DNA of 64,000 nt from an uncultured Mollicutes bacterium (GCA_900540385.1 UQFY01000001.1:11344-75343); one strand, 5' to 3'. Counted from the stretch's first letter, positions 9,545 through 20,527 are shown. Notes: generated by a model from the letters alone, not told the origin. Numbers and translations are program-made.

Positions 9545-10207
9545 ATGAAATCACTTGTTATCAATTTCCTTGGCGATTCTATTACCGAGGGTGCGGGAGC
9601 TCTTTGTTCTGAAAATGCTTTCCCTGCTGTTTGTTGCCGTTTGGCTAAAGCAAAAGAAGGAAACTATGGCGTAGGAGGAACACGTATTGCTAAGCAACGC
9701 GTTAGCATCAATAACAATCCCGATGAAGAATTCATTCTCCGTGCAAGATGGATGGGTCCATGTGACTTTTTATTCGTATTTGGCGGAACGAATGACTTTG
9801 GACATGGTGATGCGGAATTAGGTGAGATGGGTGATAAAACACGCTGGACTTTCTATGGTGCTTTAGATGAACTCATCCGTTATCTTTTAACGCAAAAAGG
9901 ATTAAAGAAAGAACAAATTTGTTTCATTCTTCCAACCCCACGTCAAGATGAAGATAACCCACATGGAGATGGACGTAGCAAAACCTGGAAAGACTTTCCT
10001 CCTTTAGAGAGCTATCGTGAAGCCATCCGAAAAGAATGCGACGCTTTCGGAATCGAATACATAGAAAGCAAGCTTCCTGCTCCCCCGAAAGGACTTGCGG
10101 GTCCTAGTGACCTTTATATGGATGGACTTCATCCTAACGTTAAAGGACATTATCTCTTAGGCGTAGAACTATACGAATACCTTAAGAAAAAAGGCCTTGT
10201 TGAATAA
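9545..10207 (+). CDS. SGNH/GDSL-family hydrolase
   Basis: N-terminal GDSITEG block I and C-terminal DGLHPN block V (DxxH) motifs. Confidence 0.85.
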   Translation: MKSLVINFLGDSITEGAGALCSENAFPAVCCRLAKAKEGNYGVGGTRIAKQRVSINNNPDEEFILRARWMGPCDFLFVFGGTNDFGHGDAELGEMGDKTRWTFYGALDELIRYLLTQKGLKKEQICFILPTPRQDEDNPHGDGRSKTWKDFPPLESYREAIRKECDAFGIEYIESKLPAPPKGLAGPSDLYMDGLHPNVKGHYLLGVELYEYLKKKGLVE

Positions 10208-10296
10208 AACGGATAAGAAAGCGGACATATTCCCTTTTTTGCTTCATATCATTTTGCAATAAAACCTTGCTTACATGTTATAATCTTCCAATGAAA

Positions 10297-12084
10297 ACGG
10301 AACCCCTTTTTAAAAGACAAATCCCCTCCTTTTGGGAGAAGATTTTCTCTTATTTGAAAGCCCATTGGAAATGGATTGCTTTCGCTTTGGGCTGTATTCT
10401 TTTCCTCTATGTCGTCTATTTTATCTTTTGTTTTAAGACGGCTCCGACTTATTCTAGTGCCGATCAAAGCTATTGGAATGTTCGCGTTATCTTGTTCCGT
10501 GTTTTTTGCGGAGCTTTGGACGTGGCTATTTTTATTTGGGGCATGTGGCTTTATGCCAAAGGAAGACTCAATGCAGGTAACGCTTGTTTGTTATTGGCTT
10601 TGATGGCAATGACGATAGCAATGTGTTATTCCTTTAGCACACCGATTTGGGATTATGGCCGTCATTGGAACCAACATGACGATTATTATGCGTCTACAGG
10701 CGGACAATACCTTATGCAAGATGGGATTCTTGATGGGGGCTCAGGTCATTTTGGTCTTATTATGACTGTTTTCCGTACAGGAAGGGTACCAGAGATTATC
10801 TTTCAAAATGGCGCTTACGATTTCTCTTTCTCGGCTGTAGGGGAGAGATATCAACCAAAGACCTTCTATATGCTTACGGGCTTTTTTATGAAGGTTAATT
10901 CCCTTATGGTTCATGGAGCGGAAGGAAACGTTTCTATTTCCTCCTATGTGATGAGCAATACGGAATGGACCTTATTTGAAATGAATAGAATCCTTTGGAC
11001 GGGTTTTGTTTGGTTCACTTACTATTACATTTATAAAGCGTTGACGGCTTTAGGATTAAAGGGCAAAGCCCTTCCTTTAGCCTACGCTTGCATTGTCTTT
11101 TGCCCGATGTTTTTCTTCTTTGCAAATTGGGATAACAATGATGGCATGTCCGCTTTCTTTGCTTTTGCGGCTCTTTATCGTGGCATTACTTTCATGAAAA
11201 AGAGAGATTGGAAGAGTGCTATGCTTTGTGCTTTAGATATAGGACTTTCTATGTCTTGCAAACTTGGCGGTGCGATTGTTGCTTTGGCTCTTATTCCAAT
11301 GCTTGCGGTCGCTTTCATAGATAGTCTTCGAGCAAGCAAAGGACAAACTCTTTCTTTGAAAACGCCTTGGGTTCAATTACTTTTAAAAGGCGTTTGTTTT
11401 GCTTTGATTGTCTTTCCGATCGGTCTTTTTTGGCCTGTTTATAGCAAGATTCGTTTTGGACAAGATATATTCTTCTTCTCTGATGCAAAGAATGAGCGGT
11501 TGTTTATCAATATCCCTCTTTGGCAAGCTTGTTTCCTTTGGCCGAACAAGGAAAGTTTTTGGTCCATCTTCGTTTATCATTTTCAATATCCTGAATGGAA
11601 TATGATTCAAGATGTTTCCTTAACGAGCAATGTTTTGAAAAAGGCTCTTTATAACGAATATCAGTGGGGGCATTCTTATTGGCAACTTTCTGTTTTATAC
11701 GCTACAGCGCTTCTGCTTGTCCTTTATGTTTTAGTAATGATCCCCATCCGTTTTGTTTTTGCTTTGATTAAAAGGAATAAGCCCAAAGATTGGAGAAGAA
11801 GCTTAGCTATCGCATCCATTCTTATTTCCAATTGGGGATGGCTTGTATGGTTTATTTATAAATCGCCATACACTTGCAATTGCGATATCCGTTACATTCC
11901 TACTTTCTTGCTTGGATTTGGGGCTTTGTTTGGGGGTCATGTCGATTCAAGCGATAATATAAGCAATCCCAGATTAAAGAAATTGAACGATGTTTTTCAA
12001 ATAGGACTTGTTTCTTGCTTCGTTATGGCTAGCATTGTTACATATATAAGCGTGTGTCAATGGTACGCGCCTTTGCATGTTTAA
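10297..12084 (+). CDS. polytopic membrane protein, GT-C-type glycosyltransferase-like (ArnT/PMT-like)
   Basis: Start moved to ATG 10297 (MKTEPLF...) downstream of a TATAAT box at ~10279; >10 predicted TM segments; adjacent to GtrB-like GT2. Confidence 0.55.
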   Translation, partial: TEPLFKRQIPSFWEKIFSYLKAHWKWIAFALGCILFLYVVYFIFCFKTAPTYSSADQSYWNVRVILFRVFCGALDVAIFIWGMWLYAKGRLNAGNACLLLALMAMTIAMCYSFSTPIWDYGRHWNQHDDYYASTGGQYLMQDGILDGGSGHFGLIMTVFRTGRVPEIIFQNGAYDFSFSAVGERYQPKTFYMLTGFFMKVNSLMVHGAEGNVSISSYVMSNTEWTLFEMNRILWTGFVWFTYYYIYKALTALGLKGKALPLAYACIVFCPMFFFFANWDNNDGMSAFFAFAALYRGITFMKKRDWKSAMLCALDIGLSMSCKLGGAIVALALIPMLAVAFIDSLRASKGQTLSLKTPWVQLLLKGVCFALIVFPIGLFWPVYSKIRFGQDIFFFSDAKNERLFINIPLWQACFLWPNKESFWSIFVYHFQYPEWNMIQDVSLTSNVLKKALYNEYQWGHSYWQLSVLYATALLLVLYVLVMIPIRFVFALIKRNKPKDWRRSLAIASILISNWGWLVWFIYKSPYTCNCDIRYIPTFLLGFGALFGGHVDSSDNISNPRLKKLNDVFQIGLVSCFVMASIVTYISVCQWYAPLHV

Positions 12085-12096
12085 GGAGAAGACTTA

Positions 12097-13043
12097 TGGA
12101 TGAGATTGCCGTATTGATCCCTTGTTATAATGAGGGGATTACCATAGCTAAAGTGATTCTAGACGCGAAGAAATATCTTCCTAATGCGACCATTTACGTT
12201 TATGACAATAACAGCACGGATAATACTGTTTCCGAAGCCCTTAAAGCCGGAGCCATTGTTAGAAAAGAAGCTCGCCAAGGCAAAGGAAATGTTGTTCGCA
12301 GCATGTTTCGCGATATCGATGCCGAAGTCTATTTAATGGTGGATGGAGATGATACATACGGGTTAGAAACTTCTCCAGAGATGGTTCGTCGTGTTAAAGA
12401 AGAAAACGTTGATATGGTTATTGGCGATCGTCTTTCTGGAGCGTATTACGTAGAAAATAAGCGCGCTTTTCATAACTTCGGGAATGATTTGGTCCGTTTC
12501 CAAGTCAATCATCTTTTCCATACGAATGTGAAAGATGTTATGACTGGCTACCGCGCTTTCTCTTATCGCTTTGTGAAATCCTTCACGATTTCTTCAAAGG
12601 GCTTTGAAATTGAGACGGAGATGACTTCTTTCGCCGCTAACCATAATCTGCTTCTGTCAACACTTCCTATCACCTATCGTGATCGTCCTGAAGGCAGTTT
12701 CTCTAAACTTCATACGATTCGTGATGGGTTCAAAGTCTTAAAAACAATCGGAAGATTGTTCCGTGAATATCGTCCTTTAGCGTTCTATTCTTTTTTCTTC
12801 CTTCTTTTTTCCGCTCTAGGTATTGGTTTCTTTATTCCTAGTTTCCTTGATTATCTTGCGAATGGAGGGAGGGAGAATCTAGCAATATTCCTCGTTTGTT
12901 CTTTCTCTCTTTTTGTGGGTATACTTTGTCTCTTTTTAGGCCTTCTTCTTTCTTCTTTTCAAAAGAAAGAAAAAGAAGAATTCGAAAGATCCTTTATTCA
13001 GGCAGAGAGTATCTTTTCTTTAAAGAAAAATCAGAAATTATAA
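12097..13043 (+). CDS. GT2-family polyprenyl-phosphate glycosyltransferase (GtrB/CsbB/DPM1-like) with C-terminal TM helices
   Basis: Start set to ATG 12097 after SD aaggaga; motifs AVLIPCYNEG, YVYDNNSTD, VDGDDTY typical of GT2 bactoprenol glycosyltransferases. Confidence 0.85.
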
Positions 13044-15460
13044 GCAAAGAACGCTTCCTTTAAACGAAGAAGCAAGCCAAAGCAATTGCCCGCTTTCATA
13101 CCATCAAAGGAATCAAAATTTAGGCAAAGGCACACGAACGCGGATATAAGCATTATGAGGAAGCCTCCTCCTAATACCCAATTTTGTACAGGCGTATCTT
13201 GAACTCTTTTTTGTAATTGCAAGAAAGTAAAGACAGAGATAATCGTTGCAAGATGGAAAAATTCAATTAAATAACGTGGGCAAACGCCTGCTTTAGAATA
13301 GGTTGTAAAAGCAAAAAAGAAGAGGAAGAAAGGGAAAATGATGCCCATGATTTTCTCTGGATTTTTAGCCTTTTTTAAGAAAAGGAAAGGCGCAAATAAA
13401 CTTAACCAGAAGAAAGGAACCCCCAATAAACCATAACAAGAAGAGACGTATGGGGCTAAAGCAGTGCTTTCAAAGCTATAACGTTGCACAGTGCAAGATA
13501 TATAAGGGAAGACGTTATAGAAATTACCCCCTTGGCAAAAGAAATGGAAGAAGGTTGGAAGAAGCTTTTCTGCCGAATAAGAAAGATATCTTTGATCGGC
13601 AATATTTAACTGATAAGATTGGCCAAATTCAAAGATAGAATCGAAACGAGCATAATTATATAAACATGCCAAGATTCCCCCTGTAAGCAAGATTAGGAAC
13701 ATCGGAAGGAATTCGATGACTTTCTCTTTAGGAGAGGCCTCTTTTTCACGTAATATCCCCAATAAGAAAGGAAGAGCAAGCAATAATCCCAAAAACAAAT
13801 TTGGGCGGCTAAAAACAAGAAAAACAAAAGATAAACCAGCAAGTGCTAAAGGAAGAATGCGAAGTTTCTTTTTGCGGTAAGCATTCAAAATAAAACCAAA
13901 GAAAAGGTCAAAGAAAGCCAACCCATATATATCAGGAACGTGATAAATTGCTTCATGATAAACCCCATCTTTCCAAGTGTAGGCAAGAATCATCATGGAG
14001 GTAACACTTCCAAGGATAGCAAAGAAAAGATATTGCACCCAATCAAATTTCTTTTGCATGAGTTGGAAAATCTCAAGCAATACAAATAAGAAGGAAGGAA
14101 TTAAAATAGCCATTCCGATGGTTTCTAAGCCAAAAGCCGTTAAAACATAACGCATTCCCGTTAAGAAATAAAAGGGGAAGGAAATTAAAAGGACAGGCAT
14201 TGGCCCATAATAAGAATAATATTTGCCATTATAGAAAGCGTGGTCCCAATAATAGGAAACATTCGCCCAACTTCTTTCCGAAGGATTCCAAGGGTTCTTT
14301 AAGGATAATAGTTTGGGATCAACCGCCAAATCTAAATCGATTCTTCCTTTTCTAAAAGCGTCGAAAAGAGAAACGAATATATCCGTTTTCCCGGTGGTAG
14401 AAGATATATGGGCATGAAGATCTTCGGTGGAAATAGGGTAGGGCGTAGCAAAATCAGTTATATTGCCCACCATATAGAAGAAAGTCCCTAAGAACAAAAG
14501 ACAGGCAAATCCACCTAATATTAGATAAGGGGTTCTCTCTGAGATTTCTTTCCTGTTTCTATTAAGGAACGTACTTAAAGAAGAAAAGAAAAGCACAACG
14601 ATGGAAAAGCTTCCAAATCGAAGCAAAGAAAAATGAAAACGAAGGGGGACGTTTAGCGAAAAAGAAGAAAGAATGGCATTCGTAGGCGACGCATAATATT
14701 CATCTTGGAAAGAGAAATCGATACGGTATGCCTTGATTGTTTCTCCTGGATAAGTAGGCAAAGATAAGACATTAGAATTCCCGTTACTCGTATCAAGAAG
14801 GTAGTTTCCATCTTCACTGAAATTCACTAAATCGGTAGAAAAAGAGATTTTTGCCTTAATGGTTGCTCCATTTCTTTCGGAGAAATTCAAATAGATGTTC
14901 TTCGGCTTCTCTTCTTTCCCCCAATTTAAGATGAAATAAGACCCATTCTGTAATTGGATACGACCATCTTCTAATTTTTCATAGCTTCCTGATATGACAG
15001 AAGAAGTGCTAAGCGCATCAAAAGAATAAGCATTCCCTCCTAAAGGATAGGCTTGGAGGTTGCTTGTAAAGCTTTCTAAGAAGATGCCTAGCAGAAGTAA
15101 GGAAGAGCATATCAGTTTCTTCTTACTTGGCTTATTGCTTTTCCAAGGAAAGAAACGATAAGGATGAATGATAAGCAATAGAAGAGAGAGAAAGAAAAAA
15201 GGTAATGTCCCATTTAAGCAAGGGAAACGAGGGAAACAGAAATAGAAAATCAAAGCAAAAAGAAAGCCTAAACCGAAAGGAATTCCGTAACGGTAAAGAT
15301 CGTCTTTAGAAAAAATAGGATCTGTAGACTGCTCTTTCTTTTTCTTGAAAAGATGGCAAAGGAAATAAGCAAGAAACGCGACTAAATTTCCTAAAAACCA
15401 ACTTAAAAATGCCATGGCAAAATTATAATCCATGAAGATAAAGGTAAGCAACAAACCCAA
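13031..15460 (-). CDS. large polytopic membrane protein, YfhO/GT-C-like putative glycosyltransferase (start uncertain; ATG at 15433 possible)
   Basis: 809-aa highly hydrophobic ORF convergent with GT2 gene; track start is a TTG immediately after an in-frame TGA. Confidence 0.5.
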   Translation of the reverse strand: MGLLLTFIFMDYNFAMAFLSWFLGNLVAFLAYFLCHLFKKKKEQSTDPIFSKDDLYRYGIPFGLGFLFALIFYFCFPRFPCLNGTLPFFFLSLLLLIIHPYRFFPWKSNKPSKKKLICSSLLLLGIFLESFTSNLQAYPLGGNAYSFDALSTSSVISGSYEKLEDGRIQLQNGSYFILNWGKEEKPKNIYLNFSERNGATIKAKISFSTDLVNFSEDGNYLLDTSNGNSNVLSLPTYPGETIKAYRIDFSFQDEYYASPTNAILSSFSLNVPLRFHFSLLRFGSFSIVVLFFSSLSTFLNRNRKEISERTPYLILGGFACLLFLGTFFYMVGNITDFATPYPISTEDLHAHISSTTGKTDIFVSLFDAFRKGRIDLDLAVDPKLLSLKNPWNPSERSWANVSYYWDHAFYNGKYYSYYGPMPVLLISFPFYFLTGMRYVLTAFGLETIGMAILIPSFLFVLLEIFQLMQKKFDWVQYLFFAILGSVTSMMILAYTWKDGVYHEAIYHVPDIYGLAFFDLFFGFILNAYRKKKLRILPLALAGLSFVFLVFSRPNLFLGLLLALPFLLGILREKEASPKEKVIEFLPMFLILLTGGILACLYNYARFDSIFEFGQSYQLNIADQRYLSYSAEKLLPTFFHFFCQGGNFYNVFPYISCTVQRYSFESTALAPYVSSCYGLLGVPFFWLSLFAPFLFLKKAKNPEKIMGIIFPFFLFFFAFTTYSKAGVCPRYLIEFFHLATIISVFTFLQLQKRVQDTPVQNWVLGGGFLIMLISAFVCLCLNFDSFDGMKAGNCFGLLLRLKEAFFAYNF

Positions 15461-15555
15461 ATGCAGGGGGCTTCATTGCTTTCTTTTGATATTTCTAACC
15501 CATGTTTAGAATAATCTTTCTTAAAAGAATCCCCTCTAATGAGATTATTTCTTTA

Positions 15556-15660
15556 TCTAGAACATCTAGAAATTATCTAGAAACATCTAGAAATGTTTTA
15601 GACGTAAAATATTAAAACAGGCTATTTATCGAAAGAAAAATCTAGAAACATCTAGAAATA
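15556..15660. repeat. ~105-bp direct repeat, copy 1, composed of helically phased ATCTAGAA(A/C) motifs
   Basis: atctagaacatctagaaattatctagaaacatctagaaatg ... ggctatttatcgaaagaaaaatctagaaacatctagaaat read directly; near-identical copy at 17179-17284. Confidence 0.9.
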
Positions 15661-15708
15661 GTCTAGATACTAGTATAAAATTTAACAGGAATAAAAAGGA
15701 GGTTCTTT

Positions 15709-17184
15709 ATGAAAATTAACGAGCTATTTCCAGAAATAGATAATGAAAATTATGGTATAGAATTGAAAGTTCGCTTATTAACTGGTCTCGATAAGCAAGG
15801 CAACGATAACGAATTGAAATGGTTGAAGGAAATTGTTGCTTTCGCTAACACTCAAGGAGGCACTTTATTTTTGGGCGTTAACGATAAAACCCATGAATTG
15901 GAACCATTAGACCATTCTGGGATTGATGAAGCAGCAAGACTTCTCTATCAAAAAGTGGAAGAAAGAATAGAACCTGATATTTCCTTAAGAGTCAAAGAAA
16001 TAAGCTTAGGTAAGACGTATAAAGATCAATATATTCTTCGTATCGATGTTGAAAAATCAGAAAAAACCCCTGTCTATGTTCATGTAAATGGGATACCTGT
16101 GTGTTATATTCGTCAATTCGGTAGAGTAAAAACGGCCTCCCCTGAACAAATCGCTCAGCTTGTTGTGAAATCCACAAGGATTGCATACGATTTGGTTTTG
16201 ACTGATGAAATCTATAAGGAAAAAGACTACCAGAGGTTAATTGCTAAATATGAAGAAACGAATCCTGGAAAAAAACTAGATGATAAGACTTTGATTTCTT
16301 TCGGGTTTATGAATAATGAAAAACGTCTCTTTAAAGGTTCTTTATTATTCAAAGATAATTGCGAAGATTTAATAACTCTTGCTAAATGCTCTGTCTATCC
16401 TGGTTTTGATAAAGGCGGGAATGTTGTTTCCGCCTCTCAATCATATCAGGGATGTCTTATATCGGTCATTTACGAAGTCGTTGACTTTGTTAAAAATCAT
16501 TCCACTATTGGCTATAAAAAAACAAATGATTCGAGAATTGATCTCTCTTCTTATCCAGAAAGAGCGTTGTTTGAAGGAGTGGTTAACGCATTCGCTCATC
16601 GAAATTATTTTATTTTTGGTTCAGAGATACAGTTTGATATTTTTAAAGACCGCCTAGAAATCACTTCGCCAGGATCATTACTTGGTGGAAAGAACCTAGA
16701 ACAAGAAAAACAAATTAGCCAAATTATGCCAAAAAGAAGAAATGAGCTTATTTGCAAAATACTGGAGTCTTTGCACATGATGGAAGCCAAAGGGACGGGC
16801 TTTGATAAAATCGTTGAAGAATATCGTCAAGCTAAAGAATCTCAAAAACCATTTGTTAGTTGCAACGATGATTATTTTACTTTGACATTACCTGATTTGA
16901 CCTTCCAAAAAGGGGTACTCGGTGAAGGCAATCCTTATCCTGAAATCCATCTTTTAAGGGAAATTGCCTCTTCCTACGATGAGAGAATTCTTTCGTGTTG
17001 TTACTTAAAGGAAAGAACGATCACTGAAATTGCCTCTTTTTTACAAATATCTTCCTCTTCTCATCTTAGAAACGATATTCTCGAAAAACTAGTTGAAGAA
17101 GGATATCTTTTTAAAACACAAAAAGGAAAAGCGTTCTTTTATCTAACCAATAGGGCAAAGCTCGAAAAAGAAAATGCCATCTAG
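15709..17184 (+). CDS. AlbA_2 (Schlafen-like) domain ATP-binding protein with C-terminal HATPase-like/wHTH region; putative transcriptional regulator
   Basis: N-terminal LKWLKEIVAFANTQGGTLFLGVND matches the AlbA_2 divergent AAA box; SD aaaaggagg upstream. Confidence 0.65.
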   Translation: MKINELFPEIDNENYGIELKVRLLTGLDKQGNDNELKWLKEIVAFANTQGGTLFLGVNDKTHELEPLDHSGIDEAARLLYQKVEERIEPDISLRVKEISLGKTYKDQYILRIDVEKSEKTPVYVHVNGIPVCYIRQFGRVKTASPEQIAQLVVKSTRIAYDLVLTDEIYKEKDYQRLIAKYEETNPGKKLDDKTLISFGFMNNEKRLFKGSLLFKDNCEDLITLAKCSVYPGFDKGGNVVSASQSYQGCLISVIYEVVDFVKNHSTIGYKKTNDSRIDLSSYPERALFEGVVNAFAHRNYFIFGSEIQFDIFKDRLEITSPGSLLGGKNLEQEKQISQIMPKRRNELICKILESLHMMEAKGTGFDKIVEEYRQAKESQKPFVSCNDDYFTLTLPDLTFQKGVLGEGNPYPEIHLLREIASSYDERILSCCYLKERTITEIASFLQISSSSHLRNDILEKLVEEGYLFKTQKGKAFFYLTNRAKLEKENAI

Positions 17185-17284
17185 AACATCTAGAAATTAT
17201 CTAGAAACATCTAGAAATGTTTTTAGCATTAAATATTAAAAATGGCTATTTATCGAAAGAAAAATCTAGAAACATCTAGAAATT
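17179..17284. repeat. ~105-bp direct repeat, copy 2 (contains the TAG stop codon of the AlbA_2 gene in its first TCTAGA motif)
   Basis: Sequence near-identical to 15556-15660. Confidence 0.9.
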
Positions 17285-17352
17285 CAAGAAATATAGCCAA
17301 TGTTAAAACCCATTCATTTTTAGAATGGTTCTGATGGTTTTTCCTTTTGAAT

Positions 17353-17517
17353 ATTACTTTCCTTCCTTTTTCTTGGCTTTGTTATAGTCCTTTATGAGCT
17401 CTTTGGCTTTTCTAGAAACCTTCTTCTTTTTAAAAAGAAGGGGATATAGCTTATAGAAAATAACGGCAAGGATCGCTAAAACAACACATAAAACAACAAC
17501 GACATCTACCCAATTCA
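17353..17517 (-). CDS. small single-TM membrane protein translationally coupled to feoB (ATGA overlap)
   Basis: ATG overlaps feoB TGA stop; MNWVDVVVVLCVVLAILAVIFYKLYPLLFKKKKVSRKAKELIKDYNKAKKKEGK; below ORF-track size cut-off. Confidence 0.45.
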
Positions 17518-19632
17518 TAAGCCACTCACCCCCATAAAGCCATTACAGGCCCAGCCAATCGTCCCAATGATCGTAGATATTAGGTAAGCAATAAGCAATT
17601 CCATTCCCATGGTGAAGAGAAGTTTCTTTGCAGAACCTAACTCTCTTCTTAAGGTGGTCACGGCTGAGATACACGGGATAGAGAAAAGATTAAAGCAAAG
17701 GAAGGATAATGACGTAAGTATTCCGTTAGCGTCCATCGTAGCAAGGAAAGAGAATGGCGAAGAGGGGGAGAGGATGTTACTTCCTCCGCCTGCAATAACG
17801 GATAAAGAGGATACGATTTGTTCCTTTGCGATAAGACCTTGTATAGCAGAAACCGTTAATCCCCAAGAATAATGCCCTCCGAAAGCAGGGATAAACAAAT
17901 AGGCTAGAATCTTACCGATGCTCGCAAGTATAGAAGCAGAGACGTTCATTGAATCAAGATTCTTAAAACTTCCAACGGGTCCAACATATTGCATGCTCCA
18001 AGTAAATCTTGTGAAGAACCATACCAAAAAGGTACATAAGAAGATGGTGGTTCCCGCTCTTTCAAGGAAGTCTAGCGTCTTATCCTTTGCATCACGATAA
18101 ACATAATAGGCATTAGGCAATTTATATTCCGGCAGTTCAGAAATGAAAGAATCGTCTCCATCCTTAAAGAAAAATTTCTTCAAGATGATGGCTGCTAGCA
18201 AGATTATGGCAATAGAGAAGATATAGCAAAGGAAGGTTACTAACCACCCCGCTTTAGGGAAGATGAGACTTGCTAAAAGAGACATAATAGGAAGCTTGGC
18301 ATTGCAAGGAATAAAAGGAACAAGCATTGCCGTCATTTCTTTTTCCTTTGGATTTTCAACCGTTCTTGCCGTCATAATCCCTGGAACGGAGCAACCTGTA
18401 CCCACAATAAAAGGAATAATGGATTTGCCAGATAAACCGAATTTCTTAAAGACTGCGTCTAAGAAAAAGGCAATTCTAGACATATATCCTGTCGCTTCCA
18501 AAATGGATAAGCAAATAAATAACATCACTAATTGAGGAACGAAAGACAAAACAGTGGAGATACCTCCAATAATGCCGTTGGCAATCAAATCAGAAGCCCA
18601 AACGGAACCGCCTGCATTTTCGATAGCATCGCCTAATATCGGTCCTAAGCCTTCTATCTCAAAAGGAACTTCATGGAAGAAAATGCTTATGGAAGTGGAA
18701 CCGTTAAACAAAGCGTCGATGAAATCGCTCGTAATTGATCCAACAACCCCAACCGATAAGAAATACATCAAACCGATTGCCAACAAGAAAATAGGCAAGG
18801 CTAAAAACTTATTGAGGACGATTTTGTCTAATTTATCCGTCAAAGATTCAGGCATTGGACTTTGAGCGCAACATTCTTGCTTTATCTTCGTCACATACTG
18901 ATAACGACCATCCGCGATGATTTGTTCCGCATCCATGTCGTATTTCTTTTCTAAGGATGCAACCTCTTTCTTTGTTGAGCCGTTATTCAATGCTTGATAA
19001 AAAGGATCGTTTTCAAAGAGTTTTACGGCAGAGAAACGGAGTTCTCTCTTATCTTCTAGTTCGTTATAGAGGTCATTTTGCAAATGATCCAATTCTTTTT
19101 CAACATCTGGAGCAAAGATTTTCTTCTTCGGGTTCTTACGATATTTTCTGTCTCTAATCAAAGAAATAAGGTCGTCAATTCCTTCCCCTGTTTTAGCGGA
19201 GATTCGTACAATGGATACGCCTAATTCTTCTTCAAGCTTCTTAAAATCGATATGGATACCTTTCTTTTCTAGAATATCCGCCATATTCATTGCGACAATG
19301 ACATCCGCATCTAATTCCATCAATTGCGTCGTTAAATAAAGGGAACGTTCCATAGCGGTAGCGTCCACGATATTGACGATTAAATCAGGATTGGCATCTA
19401 AGCAAAAAGAACGCGTTACTTGTTCTTCGCTCGTGTATGGAGAAAGAGAATATACCCCAGGGGTATCCACTAAAAGGAGACTCTTTTCACCTTTGATATA
19501 TCCTTCTTTTCTTTCGATGGTCACGCCAGGCCAGTTACCGATTGTAGCGTTTTGACCAGTGAGGGCATTAAATAAAGTTGTTTTGCCAGCGTTCTGGTTA
19601 CCAACTAAGCCGATGATCATTTTCTCACTCAT
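17514..19632 (-). CDS. feoB: ferrous iron transport protein B
   Basis: N-terminal GTPase GNQNAGKTTLFNALTG, DTPG, NMAD motifs followed by large polytopic membrane domain. Confidence 0.95.
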
Positions 19633-19922
19633 TTTTCATTACCTATTACAACGACATCGATGTTTTTTAAATCTTCGATACGCATCGCTAATTCGTATCC
19701 ACGTAGCTCTATATCAATTGGGTTACCAAATGGCGCGACTTTTTTCACTTTCACTGTGACACCTCTGGTTATGCCCATATCTAAAAGATGTCTTTTTAAT
19801 GCAGCATTATCATTATGGAAGTCTAAGACTTTTGCAACTTGGCCTTTTCTTAAATCAGATAGATGGCCATGATCGCCTATCTTTAAGTTTTGGCGATGTT
19901 TCGTTGAATCGTTAACGCTCAT
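19629..19922 (-). CDS. feoA: ferrous iron transport protein A (FeoA, SH3-like)
   Basis: Small ORF overlapping feoB start by 4 nt; LSDLRKGQVAKV...GITRGVTVKVKKVAPFGNPIDIELRGYELAMRIEDLKNI typical of FeoA. Confidence 0.8.
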   Translation of the reverse strand: MSVNDSTKHRQNLKIGDHGHLSDLRKGQVAKVLDFHNDNAALKRHLLDMGITRGVTVKVKKVAPFGNPIDIELRGYELAMRIEDLKNIDVVVIGNEK

Positions 19923-20015
19923 ACTTATCCTCTATACTGGAATATTATAGCCTTTATCCTTATTAGAATATGCAAGATGCTATAAGCTTATTAAAAATGT
20001 AATAGCCTCACTTGT

Positions 20016-20056
20016 AAAAAGCCACGAAAGCAAAAAATATCGTTTCGTGGCTTTTT
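20016..20056. terminator. bidirectional terminator-like hairpin (AAAAAGCCACGAAA ... TTTCGTGGCTTTTT) upstream of feoA
   Basis: Perfect 9-bp stem flanked by A-run and T-run read directly. Confidence 0.5.
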
Positions 20057-20527
20057 ACTATATAACCATTCAAAAAGAACCTTCTATTTCTAAAATGAAG
20101 AGAAATATGCATAAATACTAAGTATTTTCTTATTTAATTGACGAAATGAATTGCAAAAAGGGTAATATTGAAGAAAGATCTTAGCCACGAAACGTTATTT
20201 TTTTGTTTCACGGCTACGATAAACAGGAGCATCTACGGATTATATAAAAACGAATATTCTTCCATATTTGCAAATGTTATAAGCCTAGATGATTTGCTCC
20301 GATTTTGATTTCTCCAATTTATAGTCATCGCTTAAAGAAGTGACGCATTAAGAACGTCATTACTTTTAACTTTCAACAAAAAAGCATGAATGATAGGGAT
20401 TTGTTTAACTGCTAGGGAATCTGTTTAAACTACTTTTTCTTTGTCTTCATTAGTATTAATTTGATGAAAAAGGAAAACTCATCCGAATAAAAAGAGCAAA
20501 AGAATAATCAATCGTAAAGGAAAAAAT

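Noticed and set aside
10268-10285. Promoter TTGCTT(-35)/TATAAT(-10) directly upstream of the GT-C gene
   Set aside because: Spacing between these hexamers is only ~6 nt. A TTGCAA ~18-19 nt upstream of the TATAAT is a more plausible -35, so only the -10 box is mentioned.
15556-17284. CRISPR array interpretation of the TCTAGA-rich repeats (and of other short repeats in the window)
   Set aside because: Repeat units are ~10 bp apart with no unique spacers of CRISPR size. Only two 105-bp blocks exist and they flank a gene. No cas genes are present.
17353-17517. Calling the small ORF after feoB FeoC or the Cys-rich FeoB-associated membrane protein
   Set aside because: No Cys cluster or wHTH; only a single TM helix and a Lys-rich tail, so left as an unnamed small membrane protein.
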